The notes beneath the pieces are model-generated. The model worked only from the letters and a program-made list of their open reading frames with translations. It was not told the origin of the DNA and ran no database searches. Below, piece after piece: positions 10,301 to 18,895 of a stretch of 64,000 nt of DNA. Both the position numbers and the translations under genes were made by a program. Source of the DNA: a virus; the IMG/VR virus record IMGVR_UViG_3300037246_000990, positions 1-64,000 of that record; one strand, written 5' to 3'. The stretch's first letter is position 1. Each line of letters opens with the position of its first letter.

Positions 10301-11494
10301 TCTACTGGATTTGAGGTCGTTTTGGACGTGTAGGTTTTGGTTCTCATCAAAGTAACCGGCCAAGGCACCGTCAGTAGCGAACCCAAGCTGATCAGCCGCA
10401 GGTTGAAACAGCCCCGTGTCGGAGTCAGGGAAGAAGAAAATGTCAGGGGCAGCAGCGTTACCGTCCGCTACAATCTGAAGGTTCTTAGGCAGGTACACAC
10501 GGTCAGTGAGCGCACGCAGGACAGCGTCCCCACCGGACACCAGCGCCAAGTCATCAGAGGCTAACCGGGTAACTCCAGTGTCTGTGTCTCCAGAGAAGGA
10601 TACTGTAGGCGCACCCTCAGACCCGTCAGCATGGAGGAGGGCCCCGGACATGGAGTCTCCGGACTTCTTGACGTATAGGGCAGAGTTGAAGATCTCCCCC
10701 CTAAGGTTGAGGAGGGTCTCGTTGGAGCGCCCACTACCTGTCAGGTAGAAGTGGTCTACGTTGACCTTGAGGACGTGTGTGCCGCGGGCTGTGTAGCTGT
10801 CATCGGAATGAGCGACTACAATGCCGTAGAACTCAACGATCTGGGAGGTGGACTTGAGCGTGATCGAGTCAGCCCCAATCGTGAACTCCATATTCTCGCC
10901 AGCGGTGATGCCTTTGAACGGAAGGATAACCCCGTCTTTGGTTTTGACAAGAGAGGTTCCGCCATCACTCCTAGCGGTATTAGCCTCCGCAGTGCTAGTG
11001 AGGGTGAGGTCGAGACTGTTCTCTGCCACAGCCAGTACGCCGGTGGCCTTGATGGTTCTGAACTGTAGGTCCACACCTGTCTTCTGTTTGAAGACCTCGG
11101 CTCCGGTTCCTACGTTACTTGCAGTGGTGGGGGTGGTTTGCTGGGTTACCTGTCCGTCGTCGCCAACTGCCCACACTGTGTACCAGTGGGGTGCCTGCTC
11201 GGTCCCAGGGGGAACATTGGCTTGGATCTCAAGGGTGTCGGTGTCTTTGTTCCAGAAGTGGCGGATCTTATTGTGGAAGCCGTCTTCACCCAGCTCCCAC
11301 GCCTGTAACGCTGTCTTCTCTACGTCGTCCAGAGTAGAGAAGTCGCCATCCGAGTCAAGGCCTGCGCCACGAACGAGCGGAGCGAGCGCAGCCATGTCGT
11401 GGCGTATCTCCCCCCATTGTTGGTTGAGCGGTCGGCCGTAATCAGGCCACGGAGCATAGAACTCGACTTGGGTTGTGGTGTCGTTACCGGCCAT
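7343..11494 (-). CDS. tail fibre / long virion fibre protein
   Basis: 1383 aa G/A/T/D-rich; four DG..AP...F..D.DTG repeats and three N.G.G..VF..K....L.F[RK] repeats typical of fibres. Confidence 0.8.
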   Translation of the reverse strand: MAGNDTTTQVEFYAPWPDYGRPLNQQWGEIRHDMAALAPLVRGAGLDSDGDFSTLDDVEKTALQAWELGEDGFHNKIRHFWNKDTDTLEIQANVPPGTEQAPHWYTVWAVGDDGQVTQQTTPTTASNVGTGAEVFKQKTGVDLQFRTIKATGVLAVAENSLDLTLTSTAEANTARSDGGTSLVKTKDGVILPFKGITAGENMEFTIGADSITLKSTSQIVEFYGIVVAHSDDSYTARGTHVLKVNVDHFYLTGSGRSNETLLNLRGEIFNSALYVKKSGDSMSGALLHADGSEGAPTVSFSGDTDTGVTRLASDDLALVSGGDAVLRALTDRVYLPKNLQIVADGNAAAPDIFFFPDSDTGLFQPAADQLGFATDGALAGYFDENQNLHVQNDLKSSRVEAGLGLFYSQVYIGDGKVDVPSFAFNNEKGTGVYRSGAAQFSYSIQGTKRLQIASNNIIFGTQIWANTAGLVGAPDYSFDNDATSGMYQRLGSGTDRGNVAFAAGGVQVARIHSGSPFRPEEAYKWQFNYDIIADDGIVVANDLKAGRVEAGIGSFYTALDVDGNATVNFAIFAAENEDVFSQFGGTPAAPTPSDAVDTLVARKERITGTGSRRALLAITEINADLALANPRQNYGANIFVATGENYTVSSDRETVPGALTGNRVSARHKAAGTIAMAGGVSSEAEITGGNEEGVITLGYAYLDEGGDGGIETGEITEYRGLWVKASTGNVLAKFGIYIDSLINGGNTTAILIEDQPNGPAISFFSDIVGPDNGLNWGLTADTNLYRSATSTLKTDGAFVVSEDAYSGSWDSNSSVPTKNAVYDKIQSIEQFYAVTFRESEAGGAVYQTDTFTVDSAAFYLSTGGDGKPLLSPKGNIIRTDTHQGIANLLHLNDGGLSDDEALGMTVASDGATITLTITNAGANKAATAPLEIQFEGQNYTYTPSGGAETLTLTAGTATVPKENFVVFELIGGVPTLVTSTTDWPSGAPGAQHARLCTVVVQDVTSVQTHGALKIHAWTDHIEEIQGAGSGERGERGHLHSIAERLRNEPAVWRSGSAITVDNSGTTDPLYVHIAKGTGYQMHRHSSPALDTDGSDLIFVVNDDTTPYTTIDQLNALENYATDGEGSIGNSAKFTVVLWMVVNENSGDTKLFLNLPTGGYNTVNAAKTDSDSKAVHGIPQAYVGTSILLYELVLGRSGGGNTWTVEDTVDLRGVPGVAVGGGGAATTGEVNAAANIGAGIGVFAQKTNEVLEFKSFMSKGASIALASDATSVTIDATGSFYMPVTVEGADAKLTVGSGEVGNDSVTSYHRDGDLVWTVGVDHSANEFVITSGAMGSEHNEINLAVDKVGFFNAVPVSKPSITVGDAAEILAALVSLGLVSDDIP

Positions 11495-12015
11495 TACGAG
11501 TAGTCTCCGGGGTAGAACTCAGACCACTCGTCTGTAGGGGTGTAGAATGAATCTGTCCATTCGTCTGCTGGGATATAAAACGAGTCCGTCCAGTAGTCAG
11601 TAGGAACGAAGTTTCGTACGTAGAAATTCCCTGCCGGGTAGAAAACGGGTGTCCAGTAGTCTCTAGGAGTGAATCCTCTGACGTAGAAGTTTCCGGTTGG
11701 GTAAAACATCGGCGTCCAGTAATCACGGGCCACAAAATCTCGAACGTAGAATGCTTCGCCTCGCACATAGAATTGTCTGAATGCCTCATGATCGGGTGAA
11801 AACTCCTCGTCTGCACTCCATTCATCTATCCCGAACTGGATCTGCGTCGGGAGTAGATCCATGTCTTCCGGTTTAATTAGTAGCTCTTCAACGTTAGATG
11901 TCTGGCCCATGTGCCCTTGATGGGCAGTGGTATCCGGCAACTCCCAACTGTCAGAGTCGTGCTTTAGATCTATCGAATTCTGTAGGATCAGGTAGGCGCC
12001 AATGTAAAAAGTCAT
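11494..12015 (-). CDS. acidic repeat protein with ten FY motifs (putative virion protein)
   Basis: repeats DYWTPxFYPxGNFYVR and DEWTDSFY; coupled to the fibre gene. Confidence 0.7.
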   Translation of the reverse strand: MTFYIGAYLILQNSIDLKHDSDSWELPDTTAHQGHMGQTSNVEELLIKPEDMDLLPTQIQFGIDEWSADEEFSPDHEAFRQFYVRGEAFYVRDFVARDYWTPMFYPTGNFYVRGFTPRDYWTPVFYPAGNFYVRNFVPTDYWTDSFYIPADEWTDSFYTPTDEWSEFYPGDYS

Positions 12016-12030
12016 CCATTGTGCTCTCGA

Positions 12031-12336
12031 TCAGTTACCAGGGGAATCATGGAAGATTGTACAAGACGCATTGGCCTTGTCTGACTTGACAGCTATGCCC
12101 TTGTCGGCGATATGGCAGCAGCCCCATGAAAGGCTAGTGTTCTGTACGAGGTTTACTATACCTCTGACCGTGGTTCCGTCACCATCATAAATCGTGAATA
12201 CTGTGGCGGAATCTGTCACTGCAGCCAGCTCAACGCAGTAGACCTTGACAGGTGCACCATTAGCTACAGTTAGCGTATCGCCATCAACCGCGTATAGTAC
12301 GTCAGTCCTTCGTGAAGCAGTATTACTCATTCCCAT
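12031..12336 (-). CDS. putative small virion protein
   Basis: 101 aa beta-rich, upstream of fibre genes. Confidence 0.55.
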   Translation of the reverse strand: MGMSNTASRRTDVLYAVDGDTLTVANGAPVKVYCVELAAVTDSATVFTIYDGDGTTVRGIVNLVQNTSLSWGCCHIADKGIAVKSDKANASCTIFHDSPGN

Positions 12337-12610
12337 CTTTGTTCTCCTTGTCCTCTTTTGGAGGGTTCTCTATCTCATACTCTAAAACGGCATCCCTTAG
12401 GAAGGCAAGGAATCGGCAAGCGTATTCGATATCTTCCGCATCAGCTATCCGCTCCTCCCGCCATACGGCAGGCCACTTTTTGAATGCTTCAAGGAGGTCT
12501 ATCTCCTTGTCTGTATTTATCCACCCCAGCATGTCTTTCAGCTTGTGCTTTCCGAATCCGGTCAGGACCAGCCCTGGAGTTCTTTCTTCAGTTTCCTTGT
12601 TTTCGTCCAA
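12323..12610 (-). CDS. hypothetical acidic protein
   Basis: 95 aa, TTG start with GGAGGG RBS. Confidence 0.6.
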   Translation of the reverse strand: MDENKETEERTPGLVLTGFGKHKLKDMLGWINTDKEIDLLEAFKKWPAVWREERIADAEDIEYACRFLAFLRDAVLEYEIENPPKEDKENKDGNE

Positions 12611-12640
12611 TGCAGCTCCCTCCGTAACTTGCTGTTCTCT

Positions 12641-12688
12641 CTATTAATTATAGGAAATCTTGCAAAACTTTGCCAGAAAAGCTATAAT
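12641..12688. promoter_or_regulatory. overlapping divergent sigma70-type promoters
   Basis: minus: TGGCAA-N17-TATAAT(TAATAG); plus: TTGCAA(12660)-N17-TATAAT(12683). Confidence 0.7.
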
Positions 12689-12733
12689 ACAGAGAGATAA
12701 AGAACAAGATAAAGTAATTCTTTAGGAGGATCG

Positions 12734-13513
12734 ATGAAATACGTAGGCAGACCCAACACCGTCAGAACCAAAGAGTCCCTCTACAGGAACTGGATCAAGC
12801 CTTATCTGGCAGCGGACGGCTCCAACCTAGACAACACCATAGCTATTTGGGAACGTTCACTACAACCCGGCACAGTGAAGTCGCTTCTTTACTTGGCGAA
12901 AGAGGAAGTTCCGGGGCTAGACATCAAGGATCACGTAAGCCGCATAGGACGTTCGAAACAGCAGCTTCCACCCAAAGCCCTTACTCGTCCTGAGATCGTC
13001 GCTCTCAGCGCCAGTATCAAAGCCGAGAGCCCTTTGTACCTCCCGTTCCACATAGGCATCAACACTGGCATGCGCCGTGGAGAGGTGTTCGGGCTCCAGC
13101 ACAAAGACGTCGATATGCTTCGGAATCGTATTTTAGTACAACGGTCTTTTTCTGGCCCGACCAAGTCCGGGAAAAGCCGTTATGTTCCAATAAGTTCCGC
13201 GCTTGAGAAAGTCTTGGTTGCAGAAGTATTCTCCAAAAGCTATAATAGATCACGGGGAAAGAAACGAACTGGATCTTTGATCCCGTCAATCTTTGACCCG
13301 GGCCCGTTATTGAAGCGGTTCTGTAAGGAGGCTGGTATCAGGGAGATAACGTTTCATTCGCTAAGGCATTCCTGGGCGACTCTTGCTCTAGAGGCAGGAC
13401 GCAGCCCTGTACTTGTGTCTAAGGCCCTAGGCCATAGTAAGGTGAGCACAACGCTTGATTGCTACTGGAATACCAGCTCAGAGACTCTAGACATGGGGTT
13501 TCTGGATGAGTAG
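12734..13513 (+). CDS. tyrosine recombinase/integrase
   Basis: TGMRRGE (R), TKSGK (K), HSLRH, LGH, TTLDCY (Y) catalytic set; no obvious arm-binding domain. Confidence 0.92.
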   Translation: MKYVGRPNTVRTKESLYRNWIKPYLAADGSNLDNTIAIWERSLQPGTVKSLLYLAKEEVPGLDIKDHVSRIGRSKQQLPPKALTRPEIVALSASIKAESPLYLPFHIGINTGMRRGEVFGLQHKDVDMLRNRILVQRSFSGPTKSGKSRYVPISSALEKVLVAEVFSKSYNRSRGKKRTGSLIPSIFDPGPLLKRFCKEAGIREITFHSLRHSWATLALEAGRSPVLVSKALGHSKVSTTLDCYWNTSSETLDMGFLDE

Positions 13514-14018
13514 TGCAGAGTACTACAGAAAATACTATGAGGAACACAAAGAGGAAATCCAAAAATACAAGAAGAAGTACGATAAGGAGCATAAAGAAGA
13601 AGCCCGAAAGTACCGTGCGGAAAATAAAGAGAGGATCCAAGAGAACAGACGGAGGCACAGTGAGAAGAATCCAGAGTATCAGAGGGAATGGTGGAAGAAG
13701 AATCCAAAGAAACGCAAAGAGTATTATCAAAAGCAAGCTAATAGTAAAGACCGAATACTCTATTGGTTAATAGAAAAGTATGGAGGTACTCCTTGCATGG
13801 ATTGTGGCAAAATCTTCGATTGGTGTGTTATGGATTTCGATCACCGCCCTGGAGAAGTAAAGGATTTCGGTATAGCAAGTTTCGGGTGGTATAAAGCAAC
13901 ACCAAAGAATATAGCCCGCGTGGAGAAAGAGATTACAAAATGTAATCTCGTCTGCTCCAACTGCCACCGAGTTCAAACCTATATTACAAGGAAGCAAGAT
14001 GCAGAACCGCAAGGATAA
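13506..14018 (+). CDS. HNH endonuclease (type A)
   Basis: CMDC...DFDHRP...KCNLVCSNCHR; paralogue of 992..1447. Confidence 0.8.
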   Translation: MSSAEYYRKYYEEHKEEIQKYKKKYDKEHKEEARKYRAENKERIQENRRRHSEKNPEYQREWWKKNPKKRKEYYQKQANSKDRILYWLIEKYGGTPCMDCGKIFDWCVMDFDHRPGEVKDFGIASFGWYKATPKNIARVEKEITKCNLVCSNCHRVQTYITRKQDAEPQG

Positions 14019-14151
14019 CGATTTGTGTGAGATTTGTGGTGTGATGGACGGTCTTACGGTTGTAGACCAGAAGCTGGTTTGTTACCGCTGCGGTAAGAAA
14101 CTGAAGAAGCAACTCAAAAAGGAGAAACAAGATGAGCGAGAACGTCAATAG
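13999..14151 (+). CDS. small zinc-ribbon protein
   Basis: 50 aa read by hand: MQNRKDNDLCEICG...VCYRCGKK. Confidence 0.5.
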   Translation: MQNRKDNDLCEICGVMDGLTVVDQKLVCYRCGKKLKKQLKKEKQDERERQ

Positions 14152-14707
14152 AGAGCGGTTAGTCCAGTTCCTGGCAAATATTGATCAGGAGATAGCTAAC
14201 ATGTGCAGTGGGGAGGGTAAGTACCGCCCAGGAACTCTGCATTTTGAACAAGGCAAAAACTCCTGCCCGGTGATGCACCGGCTGGAGGTCCTCAAAGAAA
14301 CACCCACCCAGGGGAACCTCGACCAGTTCCTAGAGCTGGCAGCACAGGACTTTGGAGCCCCGACAGCGGACTTCTTCAAAGGCCAGTCTCAGGCTATCTT
14401 CACACCGGATAAAGCTGCTGCGTCAAAGCCAGTACCCAAGGCGTTTAATGTGGCTATCAAGGACGCGTTTTATGACATGTTCCGAACCGCTCGGATCGCC
14501 ATGGAGCCCAAGCAGATAGAGCGAATCGAGGCTATTGCCTTGAATCTGGCTGATGTCATTGAGACGAAGATCGCTACCGCAGTTGGCAAGACGGTGAAGG
14601 CCCAGCTAGGAGCCCTGGTAAAGGGTCTCAAGGAGAAGGAAAAGGCAGCTAAGCCTGCGAAGAAGCAGAAGATTCAAGGCGGCTTAGAAGATGAAGATAA
14701 AGATTAA
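14132..14707 (+). CDS. hypothetical protein
   Basis: 191 aa, GGAG RBS. Confidence 0.65.
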   Translation: MSENVNRERLVQFLANIDQEIANMCSGEGKYRPGTLHFEQGKNSCPVMHRLEVLKETPTQGNLDQFLELAAQDFGAPTADFFKGQSQAIFTPDKAAASKPVPKAFNVAIKDAFYDMFRTARIAMEPKQIERIEAIALNLADVIETKIATAVGKTVKAQLGALVKGLKEKEKAAKPAKKQKIQGGLEDEDKD

Positions 14708-14715
14708 ACATTAAG

Positions 14716-14751
14716 TTGCAATTAAAGTTAAAAGTTCCTATAATTAAGTAG
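14716..14751 (+). promoter_or_regulatory. sigma70-type promoter, TTCC-TATAAT-TAAGTAG class
   Basis: TTGCAA-N17-TATAAT followed by TAAGTAGGAGG RBS. Confidence 0.75.
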
Positions 14752-14760
14752 GAGGAGAAA

Positions 14761-14955
14761 ATGAGTAGACGAATCAGCAACAAGAAGCGACAGTTGCTAC
14801 AGCTCAAGGACAATATCATCGGGGCCTACCAAGGCGGCGGGTCCCTGAAACAGGTAGCAGAATGGTTCGATACCTCAGCGAGCGCCATCAGGATATTACT
14901 GGTGGAGGAGGGTATACCGCTGAGGTCTCAAGGCAGACAAAAGAAGGAGAAATGA
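14761..14955 (+). CDS. small helix-turn-helix protein
   Basis: YQGGGSLKQVAEWFDTSASAIRILL.EEGI.LR HTH pattern. Confidence 0.7.
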   Translation: MSRRISNKKRQLLQLKDNIIGAYQGGGSLKQVAEWFDTSASAIRILLVEEGIPLRSQGRQKKEK

Positions 14956-14956
14956 A

Positions 14957-15574
14957 ATGGCAGTAGTTGCAAATCTGATCAACCCGACCCCGTTTGACGT
15001 GAGCATTGCGTACCAACAGGGTATCTTCATTGATGTCCCCGCCGATGGCGAGGTAAACATCTCCATGCAGCAGTTGGACGACTTCCGCCCCGGTAAGCCT
15101 GGGTCAGAAGAGACCCAGAAGATTCTGGACTTTGAAGGCGTGTTCCTTCAGGACTCGAATCTAAGCTACGACTACCAGGCGCTAGAAACCCTGAGGGCGT
15201 ATGTGAGTGAACGCAAGGACCGTATCCGGACCTTTCTTGAGAGACTCAAAGGATCCCGCACGCAGCAAGGCGTCAGCGTTGACGACGATGTGATGCAGGA
15301 ACTGCTGGAGCAAGCCGGATACAGCAACATGCAGAAGAAGGTAGATAAGGTGCAGGCTCGGATTGCAATCCTTGAGAAGCTAGTGAGCGATGACCGCGCC
15401 AAGGGTTCTATCAGTCGTGCGCTGGATCCGGAGCGAAGCTGCTTCGTAACCAATCCGCCTCGGCAGTTTCCTTCCAAGACAGCTCTGAACATGTTCCTCT
15501 CGGAGCATCCTGAGATCAAGGAGAAGCACGATAAGCTGACCGCACCGGCTGTAACAGAAGAGGTGCCTGAGTAA
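14957..15574 (+). CDS. hypothetical protein
   Basis: 205 aa, coupled to neighbours. Confidence 0.7.
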   Translation: MAVVANLINPTPFDVSIAYQQGIFIDVPADGEVNISMQQLDDFRPGKPGSEETQKILDFEGVFLQDSNLSYDYQALETLRAYVSERKDRIRTFLERLKGSRTQQGVSVDDDVMQELLEQAGYSNMQKKVDKVQARIAILEKLVSDDRAKGSISRALDPERSCFVTNPPRQFPSKTALNMFLSEHPEIKEKHDKLTAPAVTEEVPE

Positions 15575-15939
15575 TGGCTGACTTCGAAGTAACAGCAAAC
15601 TCAGAGGTCATCACCATTGAGGGCCTTACGATTGCGCCTGCTGAAGCGGAAAGCCTGAGGAGCGCCGTCAGTTTTGCAGGCGCGATGCAGAATATCCCTC
15701 AGCTACCTCCTCAGATAGATTACGAGCAGTTCATAGTTCAGTTCTTTGAGGATGGTTCACTGATCGTGAGCAGATCGAACGGCCCTGGAGGGGAGATCAA
15801 GTTCAGCTTCAATACGGTAGATAAACTGGTAGTGACGATTACGTCGGCGCTTGGAATCTCCATTGACGCGAAGCGGCTTCGACCGTCGCCTAGAGCTGTG
15901 GGGGACCCTGGGTTCCTGTCAGAGGGGGAGATCGACTAA
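15574..15939 (+). CDS. hypothetical protein
   Basis: 121 aa, coupled. Confidence 0.65.
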   Translation: MADFEVTANSEVITIEGLTIAPAEAESLRSAVSFAGAMQNIPQLPPQIDYEQFIVQFFEDGSLIVSRSNGPGGEIKFSFNTVDKLVVTITSALGISIDAKRLRPSPRAVGDPGFLSEGEID

Positions 15940-15968
15940 GGTTAAAACGACGTTGACAATGGAGGGTA

Positions 15969-16000
15969 GGGGCCTCGGGTTACGATCCGGGGCCTTTTCT
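15969..16000 (+). terminator. intrinsic terminator at convergence of the island and the glycan cluster
   Basis: GGCCTCGG-loop-CCGGGGCC followed by TTTTCTT. Confidence 0.7.
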
Positions 16001-16587
16001 TATTCTTTGTTTCGTGCGTTTTTGAAAGGGAAACTAACATTAGGGATTTCCTTACCTAGGAAAGGACAAAGTACGTCCCACCCTTGCCCTGCTGTGATAT
16101 CCATCACCAGCAGGTTATCACGATCCTTGAAGTAATCTAAGACTGCGGCGTGATGTATACGAAGCTTGTGCCTGAACACACTCTCATTGTATTGGATGAC
16201 CCCGTACACAGCAGCGCGAATGTAATGCCGCTTAGTCAAATTATCTTCTTTGAGTTGACGCAGCCTCACCTCTCCCCCTCCTATAATCTTGGCTGCCACA
16301 GAGGGGAGCCATTGCTCTACATTCCTAGAGGTGAGAATGAACTTACTGCCCGGGTACTCTTCGTCAAACTGAGGATAGAACGGAACTGTTTGGATGTCTG
16401 TAATGCCATCGTACTTTTCCAAAAGAGGCAAGTCTGCTATCAATCCATTAGCCAATCTGGTGATTGTCTCAAGATCTGTAGGATCATGCACTGTCTTGAT
16501 ACCCAGTAAGTGCAATGCATTGTTGAGACTTGAAGTCCCAGTGCCAGACAAACCTATCCCGAAGACTTTATTTATATTAGAAGACAT
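16000..16587 (-). CDS. sulfotransferase family protein
   Basis: KVFGIGLSGTGTSSL PAPS loop, PGSKFILTSR..EQW..S, GWDVLCPFLG..P...FP.N. Confidence 0.85.
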   Translation of the reverse strand: MSSNINKVFGIGLSGTGTSSLNNALHLLGIKTVHDPTDLETITRLANGLIADLPLLEKYDGITDIQTVPFYPQFDEEYPGSKFILTSRNVEQWLPSVAAKIIGGGEVRLRQLKEDNLTKRHYIRAAVYGVIQYNESVFRHKLRIHHAAVLDYFKDRDNLLVMDITAGQGWDVLCPFLGKEIPNVSFPFKNARNKE

Positions 16588-17611
16588 CGAGGTTATCTTT
16601 TACCCACGCCGCAGTAGCCAGCAGCCCTTCCTTGGGTGCTACCGTAGGCTCCCAATCTAAACGATGTTTTGCCTTCCGGATATCACTAATGTAACACTTC
16701 TGATCGCTAGGTCGCCAACCTTCGTATGAAATATCAAACTTCATATCGAAGTTATCCTCCAGCATCCGGATACACTCAATCAGTGACAGCGTGTTTTCCT
16801 TACCGCCGCCGAGGTTGAACACTCCATGCTTTAGATCGGACTGGTGGAACGCATCATACGCCTTCACGCAATCCTCTACATACAGCATGTCCCGCACCTG
16901 TTTCCCATCACCGTAGATGGTAATAGGCAGGCCCTTGAGGGCTGCTATGATGAACCACGTAGCCCAGCCCTGCTCAGCGAATCCGAACTGGTTGGGGCCA
17001 TAGATGCAGCTCATCCGGAACACACCCGTCTTGACGCCATAGGTATGGGCATACTCCTGGCAATAGATGTCAGCCGCGTACTTCCCTGCACCGTAGGGCG
17101 TACGGGAGCCTACCTCATTGGCAGCATTCTCCCCGATCCCAAACAGATCCCACCTCGCCTTCTGCATGTGCCAGCGGTCATCATCCTCATCGAGCACGAA
17201 GGCGTCATGGATCGGGTACACCTTGTTGGTAGAAGCGAAGCAAAGCGTAGCATCGTGCTCACGGGCGTACTCCAGGGCGTTGAACGTACCTACCGCGTTG
17301 ACCTCCCAGTCGCGCCTAGGGTTCTCAATGGAGGTGGGTACTCCGCACTGGCCCGCAAAATGTAGGATGAGATCGTGTCCGTCATGCAGTATCCAATCCG
17401 CACGCTTACTGACGTCATGATGGAACACGTTCACACCCAACTCCTTTAGTGCGAAGCTGTTGAAGGTGCGTCGTGTCTCACTCACGCGGTGGCCTAAGAG
17501 GTCAGACCTCTCAAGGTTGTCCATCACGTCTACCTCATGCCCCTGTTTACGGTAGTACTTCGCTGCATTAAATCCGATAAGACCACACCCTCCCGTTACT
17601 AGAACCCTCAT
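16577..17611 (-). CDS. NAD-dependent nucleotide-sugar epimerase, CDP-paratose 2-epimerase-like
   Basis: VTGGCGLIG, STNKVY, YGAGK, FRMSCIYGP.QFG..EQGW, GDGKQVRD, WRPSDQ; start moved to MRVLV. Confidence 0.85.
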   Translation of the reverse strand: MRVLVTGGCGLIGFNAAKYYRKQGHEVDVMDNLERSDLLGHRVSETRRTFNSFALKELGVNVFHHDVSKRADWILHDGHDLILHFAGQCGVPTSIENPRRDWEVNAVGTFNALEYAREHDATLCFASTNKVYPIHDAFVLDEDDDRWHMQKARWDLFGIGENAANEVGSRTPYGAGKYAADIYCQEYAHTYGVKTGVFRMSCIYGPNQFGFAEQGWATWFIIAALKGLPITIYGDGKQVRDMLYVEDCVKAYDAFHQSDLKHGVFNLGGGKENTLSLIECIRMLEDNFDMKFDISYEGWRPSDQKCYISDIRKAKHRLDWEPTVAPKEGLLATAAWVKDNLDVF

Positions 17612-18180
17612 GACTCCTCCTTTCCCCAATGCACTTTGCTTGGGTCTGCTGCCTTGTTGAAACCTACTAGGAAGTCTTCATACGACGTTCCATTCAATAC
17701 AAAGCTAAGCTTCTTAAATAGGTACTCCGGGTCGCTGATAGCCCTAGGAAACATAATGAATGTGTACGGTATGTCTCCTTGATGCAACTGCCACATTAGG
17801 TTACCTACAAAGTTAGCTGCCTGGTTAGTGTATCTTTTCCTTCTATCCTCCTCGGAGACATTCGGCCAAGGTGGACGATTATTCATCTTGTTATCTGCCA
17901 CATGCTTGTAGTCCCGCAGCATGACATAGACCTGTTTAATATCCCAACCCCATCTTTCTTGCCGATCCAAGAGATCAAGGCAGAGTCTCGGGCTCTTTAT
18001 AATGTAAGGCATAGACTCAGCACGGGCATGTTCGCCCCTAATATTCCATTGATATCTTGCACCATCCTCACGCATCCGTTCAGAAGTATACCCTGTGCCG
18101 AGCCTTAGTTCAGTTAAAAGGTACACCATGAACGTAGTACCGCACTTGCCAGAACCTGTAATGATCACCTTCTCAGACAT
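17608..18180 (-). CDS. P-loop sulfotransferase-like protein
   Basis: KVIITGSGKCGTTF, PYIIKSP; paralogue of 22551..23108. Confidence 0.6.
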   Translation of the reverse strand: MSEKVIITGSGKCGTTFMVYLLTELRLGTGYTSERMREDGARYQWNIRGEHARAESMPYIIKSPRLCLDLLDRQERWGWDIKQVYVMLRDYKHVADNKMNNRPPWPNVSEEDRRKRYTNQAANFVGNLMWQLHQGDIPYTFIMFPRAISDPEYLFKKLSFVLNGTSYEDFLVGFNKAADPSKVHWGKEES

Positions 18181-18895
18181 CTGCTTTCTTTCCTATGATG
18201 ATCTGGTCTGCTCCGTTAGGGATACCCTCGGGGGGCTCTCCGCGTACCCTAGTTGAAATTGTGAACCCAGGCCCCCCCTTAACAGGGTGTTCAAATGAAA
18301 GCAAGTAGCGTTGGTACTCTGACCACTCCCCTGCTGTTTGGAACCTCTTCAGAAAGTCGTCCCAGTTTAGGCAGCTAGGATGGCTACCACTCTGTCGCCC
18401 TGAATTTCTAACCCTAGGAGTATCAATTAGAAACCAACCCCCTGGCTTCAACAAGCTGTATAGATGCTGTAACGCGGGGATCTGATGGCTGCCTTTGAGG
18501 TGTTCAATAGCATCAACCATCACTATGGCATCATATAGATCGCCTCCGTTTGTATGGAAGTTATGAATGTCCTCTTCTACACAAGTGATGTTCTGTCTCC
18601 ATCTAGCATAGGGGAGCTGCGCGTCCATCGCGACTACCTCATAGCCAGACGCTGCTAAGGTTGAAGCTCCGAACCCTGCGCCAGAACAAGCATCTAGGAT
18701 TCGACCCTCAGGAGGAAGCAATGGAAGTATCAAAGAATACTTATAGAACATACCCGTCACCAGTCGATCTCGCTTAGGGTGCTCAAGCACCACCATCCGC
18801 TCCGGTATCGTGATCCTATTCTGAGGGGTGTGCTCATGTTTGTGGGGAGCGTACTCCCACTCTGTTTCCAATAGCTTCTTATTCCACGGTATCAT
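18173..18895 (-). CDS. class I SAM-dependent methyltransferase
   Basis: ILDACSGAGFG, YDAIVMVDAIEHL, LKPGG. Confidence 0.85.
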   Translation of the reverse strand: MIPWNKKLLETEWEYAPHKHEHTPQNRITIPERMVVLEHPKRDRLVTGMFYKYSLILPLLPPEGRILDACSGAGFGASTLAASGYEVVAMDAQLPYARWRQNITCVEEDIHNFHTNGGDLYDAIVMVDAIEHLKGSHQIPALQHLYSLLKPGGWFLIDTPRVRNSGRQSGSHPSCLNWDDFLKRFQTAGEWSEYQRYLLSFEHPVKGGPGFTISTRVRGEPPEGIPNGADQIIIGKKADV

